In this document: piece by piece, positions 41,465 through 52,819 of the stretch
How positions within the stretch are numbered: the first letter of the stretch is position 1
Layout of the letters: each line of letters opens with the position of its first letter
Source of the DNA: Dendronalium phyllosphericum CENA369
GTDB taxonomy: Bacteria; Cyanobacteriota; Cyanobacteriia; Cyanobacteriales; Nostocaceae
DNA: 64,000 bases
Assembly: GCF_016056275.1 (NCBI RefSeq)
Contig: NZ_JAECZA010000008.1
Coordinates: 1 to 64,000, forward strand
Reading direction: 5' to 3'
Notes under the pieces: model-generated
What the model was told of the DNA's origin: nothing
Databases searched by the model: none
What the model saw: the letters and a program-made list of their open reading frames with translations, nothing else
Program-made: the position numbers and the translations under genes

Positions 41465-42070
41465 ATGACCACAAATTTAGTTGTAATCACAGAAATTGTA
41501 CCAATGGTCTTGCAATTGCAACCTGCGATCGCCATGACTGACGAGCAATTTTACGAGTTTTGTCAACTAAACCGCGATCTTCGCATCGAACGCAACGCTG
41601 CTGGAGAATTAGTAATTATGCCTCCTACTGGTTCCGAAACTGATGAGCGCAACTTTAACTTAATAGGACAGTTGTGGGCGTGGACAAAGCAAGATGGTAC
41701 AGGTGTGGGGTTTGGTTCCAGTGCTGGCTTTACTTTACCTAATGGTGCAGTGCGATCGCCCGATGCAGCATGGATAAAACGCACGCGTTGGGAAGCTATT
41801 GAACCAGAACAGCGAAAAAAATTTGCACCAATTTGTCCTGAGTTTGTGATTGAATTGCGTTCTGAGAGTGATAACTTGCGAATTCTCCAAGACAAGATGC
41901 AAGAATATATCGATAATGGCACACAACTTGGTTGGTTAATCGATAGAAAAAAACGCCAAGTTTTTATTTATCGTCCTAATACTGCGGTTGAAGTATTAGA
42001 TAACCCTAAAACTCTTTCCGGTGAACCATTGCTACCTGGGTTTGTTTTAGATTTAAGTCAGATTTGGTAA
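41465..42070 (+). CDS. Uma2-family (DUF820) putative restriction-endonuclease-like protein
   Basis: Typical Uma2 N-terminus LQLQPAIAMTDEQFYEFCQLN. PD-(D/E)xK-like core PDAAW...PEFVIELRSESD. Confidence 0.85.
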   Translation: MTTNLVVITEIVPMVLQLQPAIAMTDEQFYEFCQLNRDLRIERNAAGELVIMPPTGSETDERNFNLIGQLWAWTKQDGTGVGFGSSAGFTLPNGAVRSPDAAWIKRTRWEAIEPEQRKKFAPICPEFVIELRSESDNLRILQDKMQEYIDNGTQLGWLIDRKKRQVFIYRPNTAVEVLDNPKTLSGEPLLPGFVLDLSQIW

Positions 42071-42503
42071 AAAATCAAAAATTTAAAAAATATGTAAATT
42101 TTTTCACTTCTTTTATTTCATAGTCTGTAAGCTATTATTTCTCCAACAAAGCTCAGAAATTTTACAGAAGAAAGTACATTTATAAAACACCATTGTATAT
42201 ATACATAACAATATGTGGAAAATCTATGTGAAACAACCCATTGATAAGTTGGTTTATCTACAGAGATTGTTCGTGTCCCTTTTTTGGGAAGCCCCATTTA
42301 CTCCTCCTCATTGCAAGGGATCGAGCTATAAAGCCTTGAGAACAAGCTAAAAAACTATTGTTTCTTTGGCAAACCTGAATTTAGAGTGTACTTGTTAAAA
42401 TTGCAAAAGGACTGAGAAATAAATCCCAGTCCCGATAAAAAAGCGGGCTAACCGCTAATTATCTGGTTAACCCGTGCAGCTTTGGGAACGCGCAGAGAAA
42501 TTG

Positions 42504-42854
42504 CTATTGCAATACCAATTTGACATTGGCGTTTTGCAGACCGCGCTGTTTTACTTCAGCCAAGGTCTTGTTAACAGCGTATTTTTGGTTGATGGAGTTG
42601 ATCAACTCGGTTTGGTTGTGCTTCTTAGCAACACCCCACAGGTCAGCGATTAGGTCAAAAGAACCATCGCTGTTGCGAGACCAACCTAGATCGTATTCGC
42701 CTTCCAAAACAGCCACGATGTCAGAACGAACGCGCTGACCGTTATAACCACGTACATCAGCTTCAGTCTTAACGCTGATACCTAGGTCGCGCAGGGAAGC
42801 CTTGAGGATTTCAGCATCGGTGATTTTGGTACGCAGAGTGCTAAAGTGAGACAT
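42504..42854 (-). CDS. DUF1257 (Ycf35-like) protein
   Basis: 116 aa starting MSHFSTLRTKITDAEILKASLRDLGI, with GGAGG 7 nt upstream of this ATG. Last gene of the ycf46 operon. Confidence 0.65.
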   Translation of the reverse strand: MSHFSTLRTKITDAEILKASLRDLGISVKTEADVRGYNGQRVRSDIVAVLEGEYDLGWSRNSDGSFDLIADLWGVAKKHNQTELINSINQKYAVNKTLAEVKQRGLQNANVKLVLQ

Positions 42855-42994
42855 TTGGGTTTCCTCCAATGAGAAGATTGAGAAAAACGACAACGGTTAT
42901 CTTCGGCGAAGCCGCGCTTACCATGATGCGGCTTTTTTCGTAACTGCTAGCATTAAGAGCTAGCCTTTCCCCTTGGGTTAGCAAAGGAAAGCTT

Positions 42995-44506
42995 TTAAAA
43001 CTCCATTCGCTGATATTCAGCAACGGAGGATGCTGCGGGTCGTGCGCGCTGTCTAGCCCAATCTCTGAGGGCTGTTACCTGTTCTTGCATGGTACGAGAC
43101 AGCGGCAAAGTCGCCTTAAGCGCAGCAATAATATCTAATTGTGTGAACTCGCGATCTTGGGCAAATGCTTCGTACATTGCCGCAACGAGGGCTTGTTCAA
43201 TTTCTGCCCCAGAAAAGCCGTCGGACATCTTAGCTAACTGCTCTAAGTCAAAACGAGCGATGTCTTCACGACGCTTGGTTAGGTGGATTTTGTAAATATC
43301 CTGCCGTTCTTCAGGAGTGGGCAGATCCACAAAGAAAATTTCATCAAAGCGTCCTTTCCTCAAGAATTCTCCAGGCAAGCGTTCAACTCGGTTGGCAGTT
43401 GCCATCACGAACACCGGAGATTTCTTTTCTTGCATCCATGTCAGGAAAGAACCAAAGATTCTACTTGAAGTTCCTCCATCGGAATCGGATGAACCTGTGC
43501 TACCCGCAAAAGATTTATCCAACTCGTCAATAAACAGAATCGCTGGAGAAATTGATTCTGCTGTTTTCAAAGCGTTACGCAGATTGGCTTCACTTCGACC
43601 CACCATCGAGCCGTCGTAAACTCGTCCCATATCCAAGCGCAACAGTGGTAAACCCCACAACCGGGATGTGGTTTTGGCGATTAACGATTTACCGCAACCT
43701 GGAACTCCTAGAATTAACATTCCCTTTGGTTGAGGTAGACCATACTCTCTAGCCCTTTCTGTAAAAGCATTGGAGCGTTGCTTGAGCCATTTTTTCAGCT
43801 CTTCTAAACCACCTACAGCATCAATGGTTTCATCTTCTTCGATGTATTCTAAGATACCATTACGCCTAATTAGCTGCTTTTTCTCGGATAAAACTATATC
43901 TACTTCTTCTTCCGTTAAACGCCCTGTTGTTACCTGCGCCTTACGATACACTTTCTCAGCTTCATCTTTAGTTAAGCCTAAAGCTGCTCGAAGAAGTTTT
44001 TCTCGCGCCTCTGTGGTCAAACGCCGCCCGCGATTTTGCTCTATGTGGTGAGTCAAAACTTTGTTTAACTCAGACATATCTGGCAATTTGAAGTCGAGTA
44101 CAACAACTTCCTTTTCCAATTCTATAGGTACTTGCTGCATCGGTGACATCAAAACGATGTTCTTTTGCATACCCTTGAAACTGGCGATCGCATCGCGCAA
44201 TGACCTTGCGGTAGCAGGAGCATCAATAAATGGATGTAAATCTTTAAGAATAAATATACCGGGTTCTCTCTGCCGAATGATCCACTCAATAGCTGCCTCT
44301 GGAGAAACAGTATTGTGTTGAGTTACATTCCGCGGCTGACCATACTCGACGATGCCGTGAGTTACTGTCCAAACAAATATACGGCGTTGGGGCTTTAACA
44401 TTTGAGCAATTGTGGAAATTGCTTGCTCTGCCCGCTCTTCCTCGGAGGTCACAAGGTAGATTAGAGGGTATTGAGCTTGAATTAAAATATTGAGCTCTTC
44501 TTTCAT
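42995..44506 (-). CDS. ycf46: Ycf46-family AAA+ ATPase
   Basis: N-terminus MKEELNILIQAQYPLIYLVTSEEERA (Ycf46 signature). Walker A GVPGCGKS, Walker B ILFIDELDK. Confidence 0.85.
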   Translation of the reverse strand: MKEELNILIQAQYPLIYLVTSEEERAEQAISTIAQMLKPQRRIFVWTVTHGIVEYGQPRNVTQHNTVSPEAAIEWIIRQREPGIFILKDLHPFIDAPATARSLRDAIASFKGMQKNIVLMSPMQQVPIELEKEVVVLDFKLPDMSELNKVLTHHIEQNRGRRLTTEAREKLLRAALGLTKDEAEKVYRKAQVTTGRLTEEEVDIVLSEKKQLIRRNGILEYIEEDETIDAVGGLEELKKWLKQRSNAFTERAREYGLPQPKGMLILGVPGCGKSLIAKTTSRLWGLPLLRLDMGRVYDGSMVGRSEANLRNALKTAESISPAILFIDELDKSFAGSTGSSDSDGGTSSRIFGSFLTWMQEKKSPVFVMATANRVERLPGEFLRKGRFDEIFFVDLPTPEERQDIYKIHLTKRREDIARFDLEQLAKMSDGFSGAEIEQALVAAMYEAFAQDREFTQLDIIAALKATLPLSRTMQEQVTALRDWARQRARPAASSVAEYQRMEF

Positions 44507-44598
44507 ACAATCGACCTACTTGAGACCTTATACAGTACAGACATCGTTTTGTTGGTAACGACAACCGAAGTTATGAACCACTCATCCATAATTCCTAT

Positions 44599-44946
44599 CT
44601 AGCAAGGAACCAACTCTTCCTCACCCTTAGGATGGGTTTCATCTTTTTCCATTTCATTTATGGAAAGATGCTCTTGACCGATTACTCCGGGTTGATTACC
44701 TAAAGTAACTAGTTCCCCATCGCGCAAAACCAGAGAACTTTCACAACTTGGACAGGAATAAACTCGATGAGTTCGTCCAAAGGAAGCAGCTTCCACCTCT
44801 TCTACTATTTCTGAATTAGCCAGGTAGAAGACAAGAGCGCGTTCAGCCAGATCCGACATTGGTTCAGAATCAACTGCCGAACGAATCTTCAGCTTCCTGT
44901 GCAGTTCTGGCGACAAATACAAAGTAACCTTTTGCTTAGCTTGCAT
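44599..44946 (-). CDS. Ribbon-helix-helix (CopG/Arc-like) protein with C-terminal Cys-containing zinc-ribbon-like tail; first gene of ycf46 operon
   Basis: RHH signature KVTLYLSPELHRKLKIRSAVDSEPMSDLAERALVFYL. CPSCE plus terminal Cys. Confidence 0.5.
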   Translation of the reverse strand: MQAKQKVTLYLSPELHRKLKIRSAVDSEPMSDLAERALVFYLANSEIVEEVEAASFGRTHRVYSCPSCESSLVLRDGELVTLGNQPGVIGQEHLSINEMEKDETHPKGEEELVPC

Positions 44947-45178
44947 ATAACTCTTTGACGGCCTTACCCGGGTATGTATATTACGTTATCGGCTGCCTTT
45001 CTACTTGTCAAGACAGCAAAACGTTTTGACGGCTTTATTGTTACATAATTTTACAAAGCCGACTTTTGGTTTAGTGATGCGATCGCTAAACTGAGTTATT
45101 TATAAAACGACTACTCGATTCGATCCATTGGGAATTAAATCGCAGTAAAGTGTCTCTAAACTGCTCATAGAATTAACT

Positions 45179-45733
45179 TTGCCAACAAATGCAGTTACAT
45201 CCGCAATAGTGAAAACATGTGGTTTGGTGCAAATTATTTATACTATTGCTCAAAGCATTGGCGGAGCGCTCGTCCTGTTAATGATTCTGTCAGGATGTTC
45301 TGCACTTGGTTTTAACTCTTCCAATGTCACATGGAATACTTATAGTAATGCTCGTTATGGTTTTGAGTTTCCATATCCCAGCAACTGGACTGTTTTAAAT
45401 ACACCAGAAAACAATGATGGGATTGCCTTTGTGTCGCCCGAAAACGACTCTGTGCAAATACGAGGATGGGCGGTAAATGAGTTACCAAAGTCTCTAACCG
45501 AAGAACAGCACAGCGAAAAAGCAGTAAATCCCAACTTTCAAACAGTTCAAGGAATATCTGGGGTGATGTTTGTAGAAGTCGGTCAGCAAGTAAGTTCTAT
45601 GACACTGACATTAACTCAGGCTCAAGTCCAATATTGTTGGCAAGGTCGAAGCCAGAGCAAAGACTTTCCAGATTATTACCGTTTGTTTTACTACATTGCC
45701 CAGCAATATCGCATTTCTAGAACAGGAGGATAA
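45179..45733 (+). CDS. Hypothetical lipoprotein/secreted protein (start uncertain; possible GTG at 45209)
   Basis: Hydrophobic segment IGGALVLLMILSGC with lipobox-like LSGC. No known domain recognised. Confidence 0.45.
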   Translation: MPTNAVTSAIVKTCGLVQIIYTIAQSIGGALVLLMILSGCSALGFNSSNVTWNTYSNARYGFEFPYPSNWTVLNTPENNDGIAFVSPENDSVQIRGWAVNELPKSLTEEQHSEKAVNPNFQTVQGISGVMFVEVGQQVSSMTLTLTQAQVQYCWQGRSQSKDFPDYYRLFYYIAQQYRISRTGG

Positions 45734-45848
45734 GGCAGATGAACAAGAAAATACTACTTCTTTGTTCTTCTATCTTCTTAACCACTCTTCTTTCTTTTGA
45801 TGGTTGAGAGAGTACACAAACCTGATAGATTTAGCTATCAGCGAGTAA

Positions 45849-47015
<1,167 letters not shown>

Positions 47016-47120
47016 GGTAATACCAATTTTCCTAAACAAGGCTACAGATTCCAGCATAGGGAAAGCTAGATTAAATCTGGCTTTCTGAAATTACAAATCA
47101 CGAATTGGTATAAACTCTGC

Positions 47121-47765
47121 GTGCAGCTGGTAACAGAACCCTATTTAACTCAAGTAAATCGCTGGCCTAAAACTGGTCGCCATATTTTAGCACAATATGA
47201 CGACCAGTTAATTATTGTTTATCAAGCGTATCGTCCAATTATTGGTAACTTCGCCGCAAAACACGGTTATTTTGGTGGCGAGTTCAGTTTCGACCGTATG
47301 AGTTGGATCAAAACTAACTTCTTGTGGATGATGTACCGTTCTGGATGGGGTACAGAACCCGGACAAGAGGTGGTGTTGGCTATTTGGATTAAACGTTTGG
47401 CTTTTGATGAAATTTTAGCTAAAGCCGTTCATTCTAGCTATGTTCCAGAACTTTATCCCGATAAAAGTGTATGGCAAAGAGAACTGAAGCAGTCACAAGT
47501 CCGCCTGCAATGGGACCCAGACCATCACCCATCTGGAGCAAAATTAGAACGACGCGCTATTCAGTTGGGCTTACGCGGTCAAATTCTAGGTGCTTATGCC
47601 AGAGATTGGATTGTTAACATTGAGGACATTTCAGACTTTGTACAAAAGCAGCGGCAAAACATTAATTCTGACTGTGCGGAATTGATTACGCCACAGGAGA
47701 CGGTTTACTCTGGGTTTGATAGCGAAACGCAAACAAAGCTGCAATTATCTGCCTGTACTGAATAG
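47121..47765 (+). CDS. Conserved hypothetical protein (possibly DUF4291-like) embedded in sqdB–sqdX operon
   Basis: 214 aa with no catalytic motif recognised. Tightly packed between sqdB (stop 47015) and sqdX (start 47772). Confidence 0.45.
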   Translation: MQLVTEPYLTQVNRWPKTGRHILAQYDDQLIIVYQAYRPIIGNFAAKHGYFGGEFSFDRMSWIKTNFLWMMYRSGWGTEPGQEVVLAIWIKRLAFDEILAKAVHSSYVPELYPDKSVWQRELKQSQVRLQWDPDHHPSGAKLERRAIQLGLRGQILGAYARDWIVNIEDISDFVQKQRQNINSDCAELITPQETVYSGFDSETQTKLQLSACTE

Positions 47766-47771
47766 TTTTTT

Positions 47772-48908
47772 ATGAGAATAGCCTTATTCACCGAAACCTT
47801 TTTGCCCAAGGTTGACGGCATTGTGACACGCCTACGCCATACCGTTGACCATCTACAGCGTCATGGAAACCAAGTGTTAGTGATTGCCCCTGATGGTGGG
47901 ATCGCAGAACACAAAGGAGCTAAAGTTTATGGTGTGTCTGGCTTTCCGCTGCCATTGTATCCAGAGTTAAAAATGGCGCTACCTCGCCCCAGTATTGGTT
48001 ATGCTCTAGAAGAATTTCAGCCAGATATTATTCATGTCGTGAACCCAGCAGTTTTAGGATTGTCTGGGATTTTTTATAGCAAGGTTCTGAAGATTCCTTT
48101 AGTAGCGTCTTACCATACGCATTTGCCTCAGTATCTCCAGCATTACGGCTTAGGGATGTTGGAGGGGGTTCTTTGGGAATTACTCAAAGGTGCACATAAT
48201 CAAGCAGCATTGAATCTTTGCACCTCCACAGCGATGATGGAGGAATTGACGGCACACGGCATTGAACGAGTGCATGTATGGCAAAGGGGGGTGGATACAG
48301 AATTATTTCATCCTGACTTAGCTAGTATTGAAATGCGATCGCGTCTTTCCCAAAATCATCCAGAAAGCCCCTTACTGCTCTACGTTGGTCGTCTTTCCGC
48401 TGAAAAAGAAATTGAGCGCATCAAACCAATTTTAGAAGCAATTCCGCAAGCAAGATTGGCATTGGTGGGCGATGGCCCGCACCGCCAAGCCTTAGAAAAA
48501 CATTTTGCCGACACAAACACCCATTTTGTCGGCTATCTGATTGGACAAGAGTTAGGTTCTGCCTTTGCTAGTGCTGACGCTTTTATCTTTCCTTCTCGGA
48601 CAGAAACACTAGGCTTAGTATTGCTAGAAGCAATGGCAGCCGGTTGTCCGGTAGTAGCAGCTCGTTCTGGCGGGATTCCTGATATTGTGACAGAAGGTGT
48701 CAACGGATATCTTTTTGAGCCAAAAGCAGATATTCAAGATGCGATCGCTGCTACTGTCCGCCTCCTACAGCAGAAACAAGAACGAGAAATTATTCGTCAA
48801 AATGCCCGTAGGGAAGCAGAAAGTTGGGGATGGGCAGCTGCCACAAGTCAACTTCAAGATTACTATCAAAAAGTAATGTTTTCAGAACAATTGGTAAAAG
48901 CAGTTTAA
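47772..48908 (+). CDS. sqdX: GT4 glycosyltransferase, sulfoquinovosyl-diacylglycerol synthase SqdX-like
   Basis: MRIALFTETFLPKVDGIVTRL is the GT4 N-terminus. The EX7E region FPSRTETLGLVLLEAMAAG. Position downstream of sqdB. Confidence 0.75.
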   Translation: MRIALFTETFLPKVDGIVTRLRHTVDHLQRHGNQVLVIAPDGGIAEHKGAKVYGVSGFPLPLYPELKMALPRPSIGYALEEFQPDIIHVVNPAVLGLSGIFYSKVLKIPLVASYHTHLPQYLQHYGLGMLEGVLWELLKGAHNQAALNLCTSTAMMEELTAHGIERVHVWQRGVDTELFHPDLASIEMRSRLSQNHPESPLLLYVGRLSAEKEIERIKPILEAIPQARLALVGDGPHRQALEKHFADTNTHFVGYLIGQELGSAFASADAFIFPSRTETLGLVLLEAMAAGCPVVAARSGGIPDIVTEGVNGYLFEPKADIQDAIAATVRLLQQKQEREIIRQNARREAESWGWAAATSQLQDYYQKVMFSEQLVKAV

Positions 48909-49074
48909 ATAGGATTTTGATTTTTGGTAGTCTGTCAAGCCTAAACAAACGGTGTTAGAAACCCGGTTTCTTTATGAAATCGGGTTTTTCAGACTCATCA
49001 AATTGATTTTCACGAGTTTCTATAGCGGTTCTTACTTACTTGTAAATCCAGTCGGATAATTTTTTCTTAATCCA

Positions 49075-49165
49075 CCTCCGTGGACTACTCTGCGGGAAGC
49101 CGCAAAGCGTCTACGTTTGTGTAGTAGCGAATTATATTCGCCCAAAACTTTTAAAACATCCTCTA
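49075..49165. repeat. Second copy of the ~90-bp dispersed repeat seen at 23425-23565
   Basis: tccacctccgtggact...ttgtgtagtagcgaattatattcgcccaaaacttttaaaac. It overlaps the spurious N-terminal extension of the 49117 ORF. Confidence 0.6.
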
Positions 49166-49242
49166 ACTCAAAATTACCTTTTATAAGCATATTTTTAATT
49201 AGATTTCAATTACGAATTACAAATTACGAATTATTAATTAAT

Positions 49243-51846
49243 ATGACTCTTCCCAATCCTGGTAGCGTCTTGGCTACATTAACTGAACTTACTCAAGTTC
49301 ATCGTACTCAAGCTTTGTTACGTCGTGTCAAAGACCTTTCTGTTAACGAATTTGTTTGTTTACTTGACTTCATCACTGCTGAATTCCAACAATTTTTGAG
49401 AGCGATTGAGTTAATTAATAATGAAACTCTAGAAACAATGTTGGAGCAAGTTCTAGAAGCAATTACACTCAAAATCGGACAAATTCTTCAAGCTGAAAAC
49501 ACAGCAATTTTTTTAGTAGATTATGACAAAGGTCAGCTCTGGTCAAAAGTTCCCCAAGATAATACACAAAAATTTTTAGAAATTCGTATTCCTATCACTG
49601 TTGGTATTCCCGGTCATGTTGCTAGTACAACTCAACATTTAAATATATCTGAAACTTCTATCCACCCGCTTTTCAGTCCAGAACTAGAAAAGCAAATGGG
49701 CTACAAAATTCGTAACCTTTTATGTATGCCTATTGTGAGTAGTAAAAACCAAACTGTAGCAGTAGTACAACTAGCAAATAAAGCTGGAGATATTCCATTT
49801 AATTATGATGATGAAGAACGCTTTCGTGACTTTGCCGCTTCTATTGGAATTATTCTAGAAAGCTGTCAATCTTTTTATGTAGCAGCTCGCAATCAACGAG
49901 GTGTAGCAGCTCTTTTGCGCGCAACTCAGACACTAGGGCAAAGTTTAGATTTAGAAGCAACTTTGCAAATAGTTATGGAGCAAGCCCGAATTTTAATGCA
50001 AGCAGACCGTAGTACGCTATTTTTGTATCGTAAAGAAATGGGCGAACTTTGGACAAAAGTAGCAGCTGTAGATGGTAAAAATATGATGGAAATCAGAATG
50101 CCAGCTAACCGTGGTATTGCTGGCTATGTAGCTTCTACAGGTGAAGCGCTGAATGTTCCTGATGCTTATAAAGACCCACGTTTTGACCCAACTACAGATA
50201 GAAGAACTGGCTATTTAACTCGTAATATATTATGTTTGCCCGTATTTAATTCGGCAAATGAATTAATTGGCGTAACACAGTTAATTAATAAACATCAAGG
50301 GAGTTTTACAACCTCTGATGAAGAGTTTATGCGAGCTTTTAATATTCAAGCAGGTATTGCTTTAGAAAATGCTCGTCTGTTTGAAAATGTGCTGATAGAA
50401 AAACAGTATCAAAAAGATATTTTACAAAGTCTGTCCGATGCAGTTATCTCTACAGATATGGTAGGAAGGATTGTCACAATTAATGATGCAGCATTAGCTT
50501 TATTAGGTTGTTCAGCGGTTGAAGTTTACATCAAAAGTAACAAGATAATATGGGAACAAAATTTAATAGGTCGTTTCGTTTGGGAAGTTATACCAATTGA
50601 AAATTTACAAATGCGTTTGGAGGATAGTTTAAAAACTGGGGCAAAGCATTATGTCCCAGAGCAAAATTTGCTGGTGGGACTTTATCAAGTCAAGAGTGAG
50701 GAGTTAAAAGTTAGAAGTGAAGAATTATCTTCCTCATCTCCCCTACTCAGCAATCAGCACTTAATTCTGGCGGTGCGATCGCGCACAGATCCAGATATTT
50801 TTATTCCCTGGAATCTATCTCTTACTCCCCAGTCAGAATTTCTCACCTCTAGTCGGGTGCAAAAATTAGAACGCAGTATCAATCTAACTGTTAATCCTCT
50901 TACGAACCCAGAAGGTGGAGTGCGGGGCGGTTTAGTAGTTTTAGAAGACATCAGCCAGGAAAAGCGGATGAAAAATACCATGTACCGTTACCTAACTCCC
51001 CATGTTGCCGAGCAGGTTATGGTACTGGGTGAGGATGCCTTATTGGTGGGCGAACGTAAGGAAGTTACTATTTTATTTTCTGATATTCGAGGTTACACCA
51101 CACTTACGGAAAATCTCGGTGCTGCTGAGGTGGTATCACTGCTAAACCAATATTTTGAAACAATGGTGGAGGCAGTTTTTAACTACGAAGGTACGCTAGA
51201 TAAGTTTATCGGTGATGCCTTAATGGCAGTGTTTGGTGCGCCCCTACCACTGACAGAAAATCATGCTTGGAGGGCGGTGCAGTCAGCGTTAGATATGCGC
51301 CAACGTTTGGCAGAATTTAATCAACGTCGCATCGTGCAAGCGCAACCCCAAATCCATATAGGTATTGGAATTAGTTCTGGGGAAGTGGTTTCAGGCAATA
51401 TTGGTTCCCACAAGCGTATGGATTATACCGTCATTGGGGATAGTGTCAATTTAAGTTCCCGTTTGGAAGGAGTTACTAAGGAATACGGCTGCGATATTAT
51501 TTTGAGCGAGTTTACTTACCAGCTATGCAGCGATTTAATTTGGGTACGTCAGTTAGATAAAATTCGGGTAAAAGGTAAACATCAAGCAGTGAATATCTAT
51601 GAATTAATTGGCGATCGCACTACTCCCCTAGATGCAAGCACGCAAGAGTTTTTATCCCATTACCATGCTGGACGTACTGCTTATTTATCCCGCAATTTCT
51701 CACAAGCGATCGCTTGTTTTGCAGCTGCTAAACGCATTCGACCTACAGACCAAGCTGTTAACATTCACCTAGAACGCGCTTATAATCACCAACAAATACC
51801 ACCTCCAGACTCCTGGGATGGTGGTTGGACACTAATAGCTAAATAG
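49243..51846 (+). CDS. cyaB1: Class III adenylate cyclase with tandem GAF domains and PAS (CyaB1-like)
   Basis: CHD motifs FSDIRGYTTLTE, KFIGDALMAVFGAP and VIGDSVNLSSRLE. Two GAF domains upstream. Synteny with purC–omp85–lpxC as in Anabaena alr2266–alr2270. The start is placed at the ATG at 49243 (MTLPNP); the upstream part of the ORF is repeat sequence. Confidence 0.75.
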   Translation: MTLPNPGSVLATLTELTQVHRTQALLRRVKDLSVNEFVCLLDFITAEFQQFLRAIELINNETLETMLEQVLEAITLKIGQILQAENTAIFLVDYDKGQLWSKVPQDNTQKFLEIRIPITVGIPGHVASTTQHLNISETSIHPLFSPELEKQMGYKIRNLLCMPIVSSKNQTVAVVQLANKAGDIPFNYDDEERFRDFAASIGIILESCQSFYVAARNQRGVAALLRATQTLGQSLDLEATLQIVMEQARILMQADRSTLFLYRKEMGELWTKVAAVDGKNMMEIRMPANRGIAGYVASTGEALNVPDAYKDPRFDPTTDRRTGYLTRNILCLPVFNSANELIGVTQLINKHQGSFTTSDEEFMRAFNIQAGIALENARLFENVLIEKQYQKDILQSLSDAVISTDMVGRIVTINDAALALLGCSAVEVYIKSNKIIWEQNLIGRFVWEVIPIENLQMRLEDSLKTGAKHYVPEQNLLVGLYQVKSEELKVRSEELSSSSPLLSNQHLILAVRSRTDPDIFIPWNLSLTPQSEFLTSSRVQKLERSINLTVNPLTNPEGGVRGGLVVLEDISQEKRMKNTMYRYLTPHVAEQVMVLGEDALLVGERKEVTILFSDIRGYTTLTENLGAAEVVSLLNQYFETMVEAVFNYEGTLDKFIGDALMAVFGAPLPLTENHAWRAVQSALDMRQRLAEFNQRRIVQAQPQIHIGIGISSGEVVSGNIGSHKRMDYTVIGDSVNLSSRLEGVTKEYGCDIILSEFTYQLCSDLIWVRQLDKIRVKGKHQAVNIYELIGDRTTPLDASTQEFLSHYHAGRTAYLSRNFSQAIACFAAAKRIRPTDQAVNIHLERAYNHQQIPPPDSWDGGWTLIAK

Positions 51847-51897
51847 TCTCTAGAGAAGTAGAAAATTTTCTTGTGAAGTTTTATCCTTGAGTCTTTC

Positions 51898-52161
51898 TCA
51901 AATTTCAGCGTCGCCATCACTTGCTTGAAAGGGATTTTCACCAATTTTTAGTTCTTTTTTCGTGTGTTTTAACTGTTTCCACAGACCCTTTATTTGTTCG
52001 TAAGCTTCATCTGGTGATATTTTCCCACCTGTTTCTAAGTTACAAACGTAACTCACTCGCTGGGCAAATTCCTGGAGATTTGCATTGAATACCAAGTTCT
52101 CTGGCTTTACTTGACCGTAGTAACGACCACGAGGATAGAGAAAATCATCTTTGTTTACCAT
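51898..52161 (-). CDS. Conserved hypothetical small protein
   Basis: 87-aa ORF with no recognisable motif. Convergent with cyaB1. Confidence 0.4.
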   Translation of the reverse strand: MVNKDDFLYPRGRYYGQVKPENLVFNANLQEFAQRVSYVCNLETGGKISPDEAYEQIKGLWKQLKHTKKELKIGENPFQASDGDAEI

Positions 52162-52819
52162 TTTTTCCCCACTTATTTAATCCCTTACCTTTTTATCTCT
52201 GAAGCTGAACCACTAGCTAGCCTTATCTCTCTCCTCGCAAACAGAAACGTTTCTTTACATTCATTAAAAACGCAATCGTTTTCCTCAAACGCTTTTGTTA
52301 GACTAGCAGAGATATAAATTTTTGATATCCTCTTCAATATTGTTTGTCCAGAAATCAATTTATTCTGAACTTTGAGACCAGAGGATAAATTGAGAAATGC
52401 TTTTATAGTAAGCCTGACAAATAATATGTTTGTAAAACTGAAAAGACCCAAAATTTGGCTTTCCTTGCGATTTTCAGTATATTTAATAATTTATGAAATT
52501 TAGATTGTAATTAAATTTACTTAGTCCAAAACTGCCAAAATTTTAGTACTTAAATATACTTATCAAACTAATATTGCAGTTTATTAAGTAAAAATTTTTA
52601 CATTAAATCGTCAAAAACTACATTGCTAACACCCTAGCACATGTGAAAAGTAATTGTCTTCTGTCATCAGTGAGAGCTTGATTGTGATTTTTTTGTCACT
52701 TTAGTTACTGCGATCTGATGGCTGATTAGCTTCTAATGGCCAATCTTGAATAACTAAAGATAAAATGGTTAAGCCCGAAAGACAAAAGCTGTCCATCGCT
52801 TAAAACTTAACTTCCCACC

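Noticed and set aside
42290-42325. Yfr1-like sRNA core (ACTCCTCCTCAT resembling ACUCCUCACAC)
   Set aside because: The conserved Yfr1 single-stranded motif is not exact. The flanking stem-loops and a terminal terminator are not evident.
49117-49242. N-terminal 42 codons of the adenylate cyclase ORF as called by the ORF track
   Set aside because: This segment is the second copy of the ~90-bp dispersed repeat. The conserved protein starts at the ATG at 49243 (MTLPNP).
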